Assembly (NCBI GenBank): GCA_963778955.1
Contig: CAVZWI010000001.1
Span: 285,582-349,581, forward strand
DNA: 64,000 bases
Reading direction: 5' to 3'
DNA from: an uncultured Chloroflexia bacterium
GTDB taxonomy: Bacteria; Chloroflexota; Limnocylindria; Limnocylindrales; CSP1-4
A program made the translations under genes and the position numbers. The notes under the pieces were generated by a model that was given only the letters and a program-made list of their open reading frames with translations, did no database searches and was not told the DNA's origin. Shown here piece by piece: positions 20,756 through 30,800 of this stretch (position 1 is the stretch's first letter; every line of letters starts with the position of its first letter).

Positions 20756-21886
20756 CTAGTCGCGGATCACCGGCTCCACCGGGTACGGTGCCAGCAGCTG
20801 GCCGCCCTCGGGTGTGACACGGTAGACATCCTCGAAACGAGCACCGCCGAAGCCGGGGATGGCCAGCACCGGATGGCCGATGGTGAACGTCATTCCCTCA
20901 CGCAGCGGCACGTTCTTGTGTGGCGGGATGATGGTCGGGGCCGGCGTCTCCTCGAACCGCAGCCCCAGGCCGTGGCCGATGCCGTAGACGTGGAACTTGC
21001 CCAAACCGTGACGTTCACAGACCGCGTGGGCGACCGAGTCGAGCTTTGCCGGCGTTGCGCCCGGGACCAGCACGCGTCGCACAGCTTCCACCACGTCGAG
21101 GTAGGCGTCGATGAGCCCCTGCTGTCGGTCGTCCGGCTGGCCGACGACGAAGGTGCGGGCGAGGTTGGCGCAGTACCCCTCCACCTGCGGCGTCAGGTCG
21201 ATGATGGCCATCTCCCCGGCCGCCAGCGGCCGGGGACTCTGGCGGCCGTGGAGCATGCAACTCTCGATGCCAAAGTTGACCCAGGGTGGGGTGCTCGTCG
21301 ATTCGGCCCCGGCGCACATCATGGTGTAGAGAGCCTCGGTCACGACCTCGTGGGCCGTGGCGCCCGGCCGAAGCAGCTCGCGAGCACGATCCATGCCCAA
21401 GCCCGCGATCCGCTGCGCCTCCGTCATGAGCCCGATCTCACCGGAGTCCTTGATCATCCGCAACGGATCCATGACCGCGTCGGACGTCACCAGCTCCATC
21501 CCCGGATTCACCTTGCGGAACATGTCGACGAGAAAGGCCGGTGTATCGAACCACTGCTGCATGCCCACCTTGGGGCGTTCTCCGTCAGGCGTATCGGTGG
21601 CGGCCGCGATCTGGTTCAGACGGGAGACGACGTCATTGATCTGGCCGCCGACCGTGGTGAAGATCTGGACCCGGCCTTCTTCGATGCCGGCCCGCAACTC
21701 CGGCTCCTCGCCGGCGAAGGCCACGATCTCGGCCGGCCCTGAGGCGGGGATGAGCGCCCGCGGCTGGGAGCGGTCTTCGCCGAACAGGTAGCGGAAGTCG
21801 TCGTGGTTCATGACTACGATGGCGATGAGCCCTTGCTCGCGCATCCCTTCCTGGACGCGGGCGATGCGGTCGTAGCGGATATCCAT
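20756..21886 (-). CDS. M24-family metallopeptidase (Xaa-Pro aminopeptidase / creatinase-like)
   Basis: A creatinase N-domain is followed by the M24 pita-bread fold with metal ligands (...HGIGHGLGLRFEE...). Confidence 0.8.
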   Translation of the reverse strand: MDIRYDRIARVQEGMREQGLIAIVVMNHDDFRYLFGEDRSQPRALIPASGPAEIVAFAGEEPELRAGIEEGRVQIFTTVGGQINDVVSRLNQIAAATDTPDGERPKVGMQQWFDTPAFLVDMFRKVNPGMELVTSDAVMDPLRMIKDSGEIGLMTEAQRIAGLGMDRARELLRPGATAHEVVTEALYTMMCAGAESTSTPPWVNFGIESCMLHGRQSPRPLAAGEMAIIDLTPQVEGYCANLARTFVVGQPDDRQQGLIDAYLDVVEAVRRVLVPGATPAKLDSVAHAVCERHGLGKFHVYGIGHGLGLRFEETPAPTIIPPHKNVPLREGMTFTIGHPVLAIPGFGGARFEDVYRVTPEGGQLLAPYPVEPVIRD

Positions 21887-21925
21887 GGAGTCCTCCGGGT
21901 GGCGAGTCTGTATGGCCTCCCAGTA

Positions 21926-22333
21926 TCACCCGGTGATGACCTCACTCTTGGCACCGTCGTCATCGTCTGGGGTCCGATCCCATGGAGCGACAAGGCCCTC
22001 CGCGCCCGTCTCCTGGACCGTATCCCTCGCTGTCCGAGTGCGCGCCTGTCGGGCAGCGATGTTGCGCGCGACGAACAGGACGATGGCGCTGCCGATGAAC
22101 AACACCAAACCGGCGATGATGGCTGACTTGAGGCGCTCCTCGTCCCGGGCCGCCTGCACCGGTTCATTACAGGACCGGTCGTTGCGCCCCATCCGGCGCA
22201 TCGCCTCGCGCACCGCATCGCGCATTGCCGGCTCGATGGCCGCGGGCTCGACCTCCACTGAGTCGATGGCTTGCTGGGCCTGGCTGAGGGCTCGCTCGGC
22301 TTTCCTGAGGGCTCGCTCGGCCGTGCTCGTCAT
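21926..22333 (-). CDS. Hypothetical single-pass membrane protein with an N-terminal coiled coil
   Basis: The transmembrane helix is AIIAGLVLFIGSAIVLFV. A 21-bp tandem duplication encodes AERALRK/AERALSQ. Confidence 0.45.
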   Translation of the reverse strand: MTSTAERALRKAERALSQAQQAIDSVEVEPAAIEPAMRDAVREAMRRMGRNDRSCNEPVQAARDEERLKSAIIAGLVLFIGSAIVLFVARNIAARQARTRTARDTVQETGAEGLVAPWDRTPDDDDGAKSEVITG

Positions 22334-22632
22334 GCTTCGTCCTCCGCCGGCCCCGCTGGGTCGGTCACCCGCGGCTGGTCCTCACGGCCAGGAACCCCTT
22401 CTTCGACGGCGACCTCAGGCGTCCTCTCAGCCAGGTCGACCTGGCGAGCCTTTGCCGTCTCGAGCTCGGACAGGTCTGCGCTTGCGCGTTCGACCTGGCC
22501 CGTCGGCTTCGTCGATGGCCTCTGCTTGTCCATGCTGCACCTCCATGCGAGGCGGCCATGCGATTGCGGCGACCGGCCTCGGCTGCGGGCTATCGACGCT
22601 AGGAGGAGACCCAATTCGAACGCGCTGGCCAC
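22330..22632 (-). CDS. Hypothetical small acidic protein. The true start may be the internal Met near 22530.
   Basis: The stop overlaps the start of the downstream membrane protein. Confidence 0.3.
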   Translation of the reverse strand: MASAFELGLLLASIARSRGRSPQSHGRLAWRCSMDKQRPSTKPTGQVERASADLSELETAKARQVDLAERTPEVAVEEGVPGREDQPRVTDPAGPAEDEA

Positions 22633-22947
22633 AGCCGCCGGGACGTGTCAGTTCCGTGTCGGGCTGCGGTCCGACGGGCCGCTCCCAAGGGCACCGCAAG
22701 GCAAACGCAATCCCACGGACGAGGGTGGCCGCGCCGCCGCAGCGCCAACCGTGCTGGAGTTGACGCATGCCACATCATGCGACGCGCGATTTGGGTGCCA
22801 GGGGTCGCATCGTCATCCGCGAGGGGCTCACGCGACAGTCGGGCGGATCGTTCGTGCACGACCTGCGATCCGCGATGAGGCACCTCGAGGTCGACCCGCT
22901 CAACTGGTCCATGCAGCGCTCCGGGTACCACCACTAGAGGCTGGGCC

Positions 22948-23481
22948 ATGTCCTTCTGGGAGCTGGACGTCGCGGCAGTCATGCGCACCGTGGTGCTCGG
23001 CGTCCTGGCCTACTTCGCGCTCGTCGCGATGCTGCGCGTATCGGGCAAGCGGACCCTCTCGCAGCTCAACGCGTTCGACCTCGTGGTGACCGTGGCGTTG
23101 GGCTCCACCCTTGCGACCGTCCTGCTCTCGGAGGAGGTTGGGTTGCTGCAGGGCATGGCGGCATTCCTGGTGCTGATCGTGCTGCAGTTCGTCATCACCT
23201 GGACCTCGCTTCGGTCGAAGACGGTCGCACGGCTGGCGAAATCGGAGCCTACCGTCCTGGTGTATCGCGGCGAGCTGCTGGGTCAGGCGTTGCGACGCGA
23301 ACGGCTGCTGCCGGCTGAGATCCGCGCGGCGCTTCGCGAGCATCGACTGGCCAGGATCGAGGAGGCCGATCTCGTCGTGCTGGAGACAGACGGGACGATC
23401 TCCGTGGTGCCACGGCTCGAAGCCGGCGCCGATCCACCGCCGGTGCTCGACCCGCTACTCGAGCAGACCGACCGCCAGTGA
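22948..23481 (+). CDS. DUF421 (YetF-like) membrane protein
   Basis: Two or three N-terminal transmembrane helices and the conserved C-terminal DUF421 region (LVLETDGTISVV) are present. Confidence 0.7.
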   Translation: MSFWELDVAAVMRTVVLGVLAYFALVAMLRVSGKRTLSQLNAFDLVVTVALGSTLATVLLSEEVGLLQGMAAFLVLIVLQFVITWTSLRSKTVARLAKSEPTVLVYRGELLGQALRRERLLPAEIRAALREHRLARIEEADLVVLETDGTISVVPRLEAGADPPPVLDPLLEQTDRQ

Positions 23482-23494
23482 GCCGCCGGCTCAC
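23478..23494. terminator. GC-rich hairpin (7-bp stem, 4-nt loop) between convergent genes. It is a candidate bidirectional terminator.
   Basis: The hairpin sequence is gtgagcc-gccg-ggctcac, overlapping the DUF421 stop. No U-tract follows. Confidence 0.25.
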
Positions 23495-23538
23495 GTGCTT
23501 CGACCGCCGAGGCTGCGATGAAGCCGCCGGACACGGCG

Positions 23539-24840
23539 TCAGGCGGTGTCGTTCGGGGACAACGCCTCGAACCCTACGGCATGCCAGCGCTCGAGCAGCT
23601 CACGCCCCTGCTCCACGGCCTCGAGCACGGGTTGAACCTCGTCTGCCGGGAGATCTCTGGGCCAGATCGTGGAGAGCACGGCCTCATCGCCGCCATGGCC
23701 TTCCCCGCCTTGGCCACCCCCGCCGCGCAGCACGTCCAGACCGGCGGCCACGCCCATGGCGTAGCGTGGAGTCGGCACGCCTACAACGATTCCGAGTCGG
23801 ATGAGCCCGACCAATCGGTCGTCCCAGCCCAGCTTGCGGCGCGGGTCGCGGGCAGCACGCTCGATGGTATCGGCCAGGTTTGGGTTGACCATGCGTCGGA
23901 GCAGATCGTCGGCAAAGGCCTCGTAGCCGGCCTTGGTGAAGAGCTCGTCCGCCCCCACCCAGCGACGACGGAGTGTCGCCCCGGACTCCTCGATGAAGGC
24001 TGCCCGCAGGAAGCCCATGGCACCGGGCACATCGGCCAGATCGGCGAACAGCGACAGGCCCGACAGCTGGCCCAGGAAGGCACCCAGGGCATGTGTGGCG
24101 TTGTGACCCAGCAGCTTGGCGTCCTCGAACGGCGCCAGGTCGTCGACCTCCCGCAGCACGGGCATCCCGGGGTGGAGCACAGCAGCAGGGTCCACCCGGG
24201 AGACGAGGATGCGGTCGAACTCCTCCACCAGGAAGGCCGACCGCAGCGCCGAGGTGATGGTGGCCAGCCCGAGGGATGCGATCTCCGCCCGGTCGGTGAT
24301 GACCCCGCTCATCTTGCCGATGACGGTGTCGACGTAGCGAGCACGACCCTGGATGCTCCTCTGCTCGCCCGCGGGCATCGCGTCCAACACCGCATCCTCG
24401 AGCAGCGCCGCCGCACTGCGGTGGTTCTCGGCGCAGTAGACGATCAGCGGCTGCGCAGCGGTGCGCCGCCGCAGGCCTTCAGCGAGCAGCCGATGCGGAC
24501 TGTTGGCAGCATCGGAGCGATAGAAGGCGACGCTGGGGAGCGCCGAGGCCAGCTCGTCCGCGGCGGCGATGGTCTCCACGATGCGCGCACGCTCGGCAGC
24601 CACGGTCGAATCTGCGACCTCGATGGGTCCAAGTTCGGCGACATCGACCCGGTCGGATCGAGCGATGTTGACGCGCACTCGCCCCTCATCTGCGCGAATG
24701 CCGGCCACCAGGTCGGCGCGTACGTCCACCACCAGCGGCGGGGCATAGTCGCCCGTGCGCTGTGCCTCGTACACGAAGAGGCCGGACTGGATGGCGCCGA
24801 AGCCCAGCCCGACCAGCCTGCGGTGCCCGCCGAAGGCCAC
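23539..24840 (-). CDS. Mannitol dehydrogenase family oxidoreductase
   Basis: The N-terminal Rossmann fold (LVGLGFGAIQSG) and the C-terminal helical domain of the mannitol-DH family are present. Confidence 0.7.
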   Translation of the reverse strand: MAFGGHRRLVGLGFGAIQSGLFVYEAQRTGDYAPPLVVDVRADLVAGIRADEGRVRVNIARSDRVDVAELGPIEVADSTVAAERARIVETIAAADELASALPSVAFYRSDAANSPHRLLAEGLRRRTAAQPLIVYCAENHRSAAALLEDAVLDAMPAGEQRSIQGRARYVDTVIGKMSGVITDRAEIASLGLATITSALRSAFLVEEFDRILVSRVDPAAVLHPGMPVLREVDDLAPFEDAKLLGHNATHALGAFLGQLSGLSLFADLADVPGAMGFLRAAFIEESGATLRRRWVGADELFTKAGYEAFADDLLRRMVNPNLADTIERAARDPRRKLGWDDRLVGLIRLGIVVGVPTPRYAMGVAAGLDVLRGGGGQGGEGHGGDEAVLSTIWPRDLPADEVQPVLEAVEQGRELLERWHAVGFEALSPNDTA

Positions 24841-24844
24841 TCCC

Positions 24845-26119
24845 CTAGCCTGCCGCGAGGTAGCGCTGTTCGTCGGCCGCGTCCCAGCGGGTCACATCGC
24901 TGACGGCGCCCGCGTGCCGGTGCGGGTAAACGATGGCCTTGCCCTGCACGCGGCCGTCGCGCGCCATCTGCAGCAGCTCTGGCGCATGCGCCAGATCGCC
25001 GACGTGGCCGATATGTGCCGCCGCGTCGATCTCGCCGGCGGCCATCAGCCGCAGCGTCTCGATGATGTCCCAGGGGCCGCCGCCGGACGAGCCGGTGATG
25101 TTGATCTCCTGGTAGTGCACGAAACGCTCGTCGATGCCGATGGTCTCCTTGCCCGGCGGCAGCCCGGCGAAGAGATCGAGCACGCCGTAGCGCGCGACCA
25201 GGTGCTGGACCGATTCCATCAGCGGCCCGTCGGCGGCGGTGACGATGACGTCATCGGCGCCGCGCCCCCCGCTCACGCGCCCGACGGTCGCGGCCAGGTC
25301 GCCGGCCCCCGCGACGACCGTGACTAACTCGACGCCGGCCGCGGCGGCCCGTTCCCCGAACGTGTCGTGGAGCCACTGGAGTCGTTCCGCGCGCCGAGCC
25401 GTGACGACGAGGACCCGTGGCCGCGCCGCGATGGCGAGATCCACGTGGATGCGGCCCATGGGCCCGGCACCGATGACGACCGTGACGCCGTCGCGCACAA
25501 GACCGGTCGTGGCGCTGCGGGCCTCCGTCCGGTCGGGCTGGGAGAGGTGCATGTGGTGCGCGTGGGAGCTGATGATGCAGCTGATGGGCTCGGCGATGGC
25601 GGCGTGGCCGGCCGGCAGCGAGTCATCGGGGAGCGGCAGCAGGCAGCCTGCCGCCAGCACCTCCTCGCCGATGAGGATGTACTCGGCCAGCAGGCCCGGG
25701 AGCGAGTAGCCGACGGCGATCTTGGCCACGCCACGGCCGCCATCGGCGTAGCGCTCGAGGTGGTCGATGGGCGCGATGTCCACGGCCGGCTGCACCGAGC
25801 AGCGCCGCCCCACCGACCATCGGTCACGAAGGCCATCTCCGACCTGCACCAGTGTGACCACGCCCTCGTCGCCCACGATGGCCGGATGCTTGGCGGGAAC
25901 CCAGCCGTGCATCAGCGGATGCTCGGCACCCTGGTCGATGAGCTTGTTGACCGAGGTGCAGATGCCGGCCGCATCGACGCGCGCCAGCAGCTGCTGACGC
26001 CCCGGGCGCGGCACGGGCACACAACGCACCGCCAGTTGGTCGGTCCCGCAGCCGGAGAGCACGGTCGCGCGCATCTCCGTCGGTACGATCCCGACCTCAC
26101 CCGGCAGGATGCTGCTCAT
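24845..26119 (-). CDS. Zinc-dependent alcohol/polyol dehydrogenase (MDR family)
   Basis: GICTSV...H..GDEGVV, a GxGxxG motif (VVIGAGPMG) and ...EINITGS are present. Confidence 0.75.
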   Translation of the reverse strand: MSSILPGEVGIVPTEMRATVLSGCGTDQLAVRCVPVPRPGRQQLLARVDAAGICTSVNKLIDQGAEHPLMHGWVPAKHPAIVGDEGVVTLVQVGDGLRDRWSVGRRCSVQPAVDIAPIDHLERYADGGRGVAKIAVGYSLPGLLAEYILIGEEVLAAGCLLPLPDDSLPAGHAAIAEPISCIISSHAHHMHLSQPDRTEARSATTGLVRDGVTVVIGAGPMGRIHVDLAIAARPRVLVVTARRAERLQWLHDTFGERAAAAGVELVTVVAGAGDLAATVGRVSGGRGADDVIVTAADGPLMESVQHLVARYGVLDLFAGLPPGKETIGIDERFVHYQEINITGSSGGGPWDIIETLRLMAAGEIDAAAHIGHVGDLAHAPELLQMARDGRVQGKAIVYPHRHAGAVSDVTRWDAADEQRYLAAG

Positions 26120-27051
26120 CGGGGCGGCTCCAACCCAGCCAGGCGCCAGGCATCGGCCGGATCATCGGGCCCGGAGAAGGTGTCGATGGTGGTCGTGCAC
26201 AGGGCGCCCATGGCCGCGCCCAGTCGCGCCGCCTCCTCCGCCCCCAGGCCGTGGATGAGGCCGGTGAGCACGCCGCCGGTGAACGAATTGCCGGCCCCAG
26301 TCGTGTCGATGGTGTCCACCGTGAAGGCCGGGATGTGACCCACGAAGTCGTCGTGGTTCACCCAGGCACCGCGCGGGCCATCGGTGACGATGGCGAAGTG
26401 CACCCCCAGGTCGCGCAAGGCAGCCGCCGCATCGGCCGGGTCGGCGATCCCGGTGATGCCCACCACCTCGGCCAGGCTAGGCACGAAGAGGTCGGTGTAG
26501 GCCAGGGCCGGCAGCACTCGCTGCCACTGCCCGGTGGAGTCGTGCACCACATCGAGGCTGGTGTGCATCCCGCGCGCCTTGGTGCGCTCGAACAAGCCGG
26601 CCAGCGGCGCGCCATCAGGGTCGTCCAGGCCGGGCAGGACCAATGCCCCGCCGACGTGGAGGTAGTCACTGACGAGGCGCGATTCGATGGACTCAGCGGT
26701 GATCGACGCGTCGGCGCCGAGGTTGTGCAGCATCGTGCGCTCGCCATCCTGGTCCACCGCCACCAGCGAGGTGGACGTCGGGAAGGGCGACGCCACGAAC
26801 TCGACGTGCAGATGCGGCGCCGGCACGGTCTGCCGGAAGGAGCGGCCGAAGATGTCATCACCGACGGGGATGATGAGTCGGGTCTCGATGCCCATGCCGG
26901 CCAGGACGCGACCGGTGCGCAGAGCCGGACCACCCTCGGCAGTCGAGAAGGTATCGACCAGGCCCAGCACGCCGATGGGCAGCGGCCCGGCGGACTTGGC
27001 CAGGATGTCGAAGACGGCACTGCCGGCGCAGGTGATCTGGATGTCGCTCAT
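26116..27051 (-). CDS. PfkB-family carbohydrate kinase
   Basis: A ribokinase-like fold is present, including the C-terminal DTTGAGNSF anion-hole motif. Confidence 0.8.
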   Translation of the reverse strand: MSDIQITCAGSAVFDILAKSAGPLPIGVLGLVDTFSTAEGGPALRTGRVLAGMGIETRLIIPVGDDIFGRSFRQTVPAPHLHVEFVASPFPTSTSLVAVDQDGERTMLHNLGADASITAESIESRLVSDYLHVGGALVLPGLDDPDGAPLAGLFERTKARGMHTSLDVVHDSTGQWQRVLPALAYTDLFVPSLAEVVGITGIADPADAAAALRDLGVHFAIVTDGPRGAWVNHDDFVGHIPAFTVDTIDTTGAGNSFTGGVLTGLIHGLGAEEAARLGAAMGALCTTTIDTFSGPDDPADAWRLAGLEPPR

Positions 27052-27072
27052 GACCCGATGATAGGTCTGGCC

Positions 27073-28580
27073 CTACAGCCGATGTGAGATGGGCGCGACC
27101 GCCGGATAGACCTCACGATAGAGCTCGAAGAGCCGGGAATAGGCTGCGTGCCGCGCCGGATCGGGTTGGTAGATGTCGGTCAACTCCAGGAAGCGCTCGG
27201 CACCCTCGGCCGCGGACGGCCAGAGCCCGGCGCCCGTGCCCGCCAGCAATGCCGCGCCGAAGGCCGCGGCCTCCGTGATGCGCGGCGTGATGACTGGGAT
27301 GCCGGTGATGTCCGCCTTGAGTCGCAGCCAGAGCGGAGAGCGTGCACCCCCGCCGATGGCGCGCAAGACATCGATGGCCACACCGCCGTCACGGAGCAGG
27401 TCCAGGTTGAGCCGCAACTCGTAGGTGAGCCCCTCCAGGATGGCCTTGGCGATGTCGCCCCGAGTGGTCGAGAACGTCAACCCCAGGATGGCGCCCCGCG
27501 ACGCCGTGTCGAAGGTCGGCGTCCCGGCACCGGCGAAGTGGGGCAGGACCAGCAGACCGGTCGGTTCCGACGAGGCATCGGCGAGGATGACGTCGTATGC
27601 GTCCGCTCCGGAGGCAGACGCCCGAGACAGCTGCGGCTCGCAGAAGCCGTCGCGGAACCAGCGCAGCGCCAGGCCGCCGCTGTGATTGAGCGTCATGGCC
27701 AGGAACGACCCGGGCACGGTCGCACGGTAGACCGAGACGTTGCCCTCGTAGAGCGGCTCGGAGACGACCGGTGCGCCGAGCGCGACCTCCACCACCTCGG
27801 CGGTGCCGGTCGAGACCGAGGCCAAACCCGGGCGGGTAAGGCCGACGCCCAGCGCTCCACAAGCCTGGTCGTGACCACCGCTGACGACGCCGGGTGCCGA
27901 AGCCAGACCCAGTCGGTCGGCCAGGTCGGCCCGCATACGGCCTACCAGCGTGCCGGATGGCGCGACCTCCGCGAGCCGGTCGGGTGAAAGGTCCAGCGCG
28001 TCGAGGTATCTCCGGCGCCCAGCCGCCGGCCTCCAGGTCGTAGAGCTGGGTCCGCGAAGCCAGGCACTCACTGATGACGGCGCGGCCGGTCATGCGCGCG
28101 ATGAGGAAGTCCTCGACCAGCAGGAACCTGTGTGCCGCTGCCCAGACGTCGGGCTCGTGCTCCCTGAGCCAAAGCAGCTTGGGCAGCGTGTTGACGGTGT
28201 GGATGGGCATACCGGTGCGCTCGAACAACCGGCGCGCGCCGAAGCGGTCGCGCAGCCACGCGTTCTGCGCTTCGGTCCGGGTGTCCATGCCCAGGATGGT
28301 CGGCCGCAGCGGTCGCCCCTCGCCATCCACGGGCGTCACCGCCTCGCCGTGGACCGACAGCCCGATGGCGGCGACCTCACGCACCCCGGCCACGGCGATG
28401 GCCTCCGCCATCGACTCCATGGCCAACGCCCACACCTGCTCGATGTCCTGCTCCGCCCACGTCGGCCGCGGGAAGTCCACGGCGTACTCACGAGACGCAC
28501 TCGCGACCAGCACCCCGTCCTCGTCGAAGAGGACAGCCTTGCAGCCGGTGGTGCCGACGTCGAGCCCGATGAGGTTGGCC
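27073..28580 (-). pseudogene. FGGY-family carbohydrate kinase (xylulokinase-like), frameshifted as sequenced
   Basis: The N-terminus (GTG start) reads MANLIGLDVGTTGCKAVLFDEDG and runs to ...YDLEAGGWAPEI. The C-terminus LDALDLSPDRLAEV... lies in the next frame. An extra t near 28025 (gagg[t]atctcc; the true sequence GGATCTCC) explains the split. Confidence 0.8.
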
Positions 28581-28586
28581 ACCGAT

Positions 28587-29714
28587 CTAGGCGTAGCGCA
28601 AGGCGGCCTGGTACATGGCCTCGATGCGCTCGGGTGTGATGTCCGGTTGCAGGTTGTGGGCCGCACAGAACACGTAGCCACCACCGGCGCCCAGGGTGTC
28701 GATGCTGTACTTGACCTCGCGGTCGATCTCCTCTGGCGTGGCTGTGGGCAGCACCTGCTGCACGTCGATACCGCCACCCCAGAAGGCCAACTCGGAGCCG
28801 AACTCCCGCTTCATGACCGCGATGTCCATCTTGGCGGCACTGCGCTGGATGGGGTTGAGCGCATCGACGCCACATTCGATGAGATCGCCGATGATATCGA
28901 AGACCGAGCCGCAGGAGTGCATGAAGACCACCGCGTCGGTCCTGGAGTGGATGAAGTCGTAGAGCTGCCTCAGATACGGCTTGACGTCCTCGCGGAACAT
29001 CTCCGGCTTGATCCAGGTCCCGCGCTGCGTGCCCAGGTCATCGCCCTGCGCGACCACCTGCACATAGGGCTCCACGTGCTGCAGGAAGAGATCCCACAAT
29101 GCGATGTCGGTCTGGGTGATCTTGTCGAGGATGGCGTGGGCCATGTCGCGGTTCCAGTAGAGGTCCATGCAGAACTGCTCGTAGCCGCGCATGAAGCAGG
29201 CGCCCTCGAAGGGACCCAGGCACATGATGTCAGCCACGACCGCGTAGTCGGTCTCCTCGAACAAGCGACGCGCCTCCTCGCGGATGCCGGCCACGCGACC
29301 AGGGTCGTAGGGATCGGGCCACTGCACAGAGTCGAGATCGCTGGCCCGTTCCAGGTCGGCGAAGGGCCGCTTGACCACGTCGTAGTAGAACGACGCCTTC
29401 TCCCAGGTCAGGTCGTACTCGTCGACGAAACGGTCGCCGGGCAGCTCCCGGGTCTCGAACTCCCAGGGGCCCTTGAGGTAGACGGCGCGGGTGTCGACGT
29501 CGTAGCGATGCAACAGGTCTTCGCGCGGATACACCGTGTCCATCTGGCGATGGGAGATGCGCGGCTCGTCATCGGGCGGCAGGCCCAGGTGGACGAGGAG
29601 GTTCTGGTAGGCGATACGGGTGGCCGTGGTGACGATGGTCGAACCCAGGTCGATCGGCACACGGTCGGTCTCCTGGTGGTTCAGCGCAGCCACGACGCGC
29701 TCCCTGTGGTTCAT
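28587..29714 (-). CDS. Uroporphyrinogen decarboxylase (URO-D) family protein, MtaA/CmuA-like
   Basis: A URO-D fold is present. The gene is embedded in a sugar operon between a permease and a kinase. Confidence 0.75.
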   Translation of the reverse strand: MNHRERVVAALNHQETDRVPIDLGSTIVTTATRIAYQNLLVHLGLPPDDEPRISHRQMDTVYPREDLLHRYDVDTRAVYLKGPWEFETRELPGDRFVDEYDLTWEKASFYYDVVKRPFADLERASDLDSVQWPDPYDPGRVAGIREEARRLFEETDYAVVADIMCLGPFEGACFMRGYEQFCMDLYWNRDMAHAILDKITQTDIALWDLFLQHVEPYVQVVAQGDDLGTQRGTWIKPEMFREDVKPYLRQLYDFIHSRTDAVVFMHSCGSVFDIIGDLIECGVDALNPIQRSAAKMDIAVMKREFGSELAFWGGGIDVQQVLPTATPEEIDREVKYSIDTLGAGGGYVFCAAHNLQPDITPERIEAMYQAALRYA

Positions 29715-29780
29715 CTCACTCCCCTCTCTGGCTCCGATCCTCGACCCGCCTGCACCCGACCCGACCCGCCTGCACCGCCG

Positions 29781-30800
29781 CTACGACGGGGCGGGCGCCG
29801 GTTTGGGCCTGGGAGGGTCGGCATCGCCCTTCTCGACGCGGATGTTGCGCCGCTCCAGGCGACCCAGGATGCGCATGCGTTGGGCGTCGATGAAGACGGC
29901 GAAGAAGATCACGGCGGCCGCGATCATGTCCTGCAGGTAGAGGTCGATCTGCAGATAGACCAGGCCGGTCGCGATCATCTGCACCAGCAGCACGCCGATG
30001 ACGGTGCCGGGGAAGACAGCCCCGACACCGCCGAAGAGGCTGGTGCCGCCGAGCACGGCCGCGGCGATGGCGCGGAACTCGACGCCCTCACCGATGCCCG
30101 CCGAGACACTGCCTTGCTGGCTGATGGCGATGACGCCGGCCAGCGAGGCACAGAAGCCGCTGATGACGTAAACCGATCCGGTCAGGCGGACGACGTTGAG
30201 GCCGGCCTTCTTGGCGGCGTCAAGATCGTTGCCCATGGCGTAGATCTGCCGGCCCATGGCGGTGTAGCGCAGGAACACCACGGCCACCGCCACGACGATG
30301 GCGAAGACCACCACCGGGAGCGGTACACCGAAGACGTCGGTAGCCGCATAGGCCATCTCCGGCGGCAGGATGAACTGCCGCAATTCGGTCACCAGCAAGC
30401 CCACCCCTCGGCCCATGGTGAGCGTGGCCAGCGTGGCCACGAATGGGACCAGCCCCACCTTGGCGATGAGGAAGGCGTTGAGGAAGCCCCACGCGGTGCC
30501 CGCCGCGATGCCGGCCAGGATGGCCACGATGTAGTTGACATCCTGCTGCAGCAACATGCCCACGACCGCCGCGGTGATGTACATCGTGGCCCCCACCGAG
30601 AGGTCGATACCGCCGGTCAGGAGGACCGCGGTCATGCCCACCGCGAGCAGGCCCACGAAGGCTGAGGACTCCACGATGTTGGAGAAGTTGTCGATCGAGA
30701 AGAAGCGCTCATCGAGCACGCTGAAGAGCACGAACACGAGCACGAACAGGATCAGCGGCATGTTCCGCAGCAGGGTCATGGTCAGTCGGTTGCTGGTCAT
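29781..30800 (-). CDS. Sugar ABC transporter permease (ribose/xylose type)
   Basis: BPD_transp_2-type polytopic permease. Confidence 0.85.
   Translation of the reverse strand: MTSNRLTMTLLRNMPLILFVLVFVLFSVLDERFFSIDNFSNIVESSAFVGLLAVGMTAVLLTGGIDLSVGATMYITAAVVGMLLQQDVNYIVAILAGIAAGTAWGFLNAFLIAKVGLVPFVATLATLTMGRGVGLLVTELRQFILPPEMAYAATDVFGVPLPVVVFAIVVAVAVVFLRYTAMGRQIYAMGNDLDAAKKAGLNVVRLTGSVYVISGFCASLAGVIAISQQGSVSAGIGEGVEFRAIAAAVLGGTSLFGGVGAVFPGTVIGVLLVQMIATGLVYLQIDLYLQDMIAAAVIFFAVFIDAQRMRILGRLERRNIRVEKGDADPPRPKPAPAPS

Noticed and set aside
22279-22320. A 21-bp tandem duplication (ctgagggctcgctcggc x2) considered as a regulatory repeat
   Set aside because: It lies inside a coding region and simply encodes a duplicated heptad (AERALRK/AERALSQ) of a coiled-coil segment.
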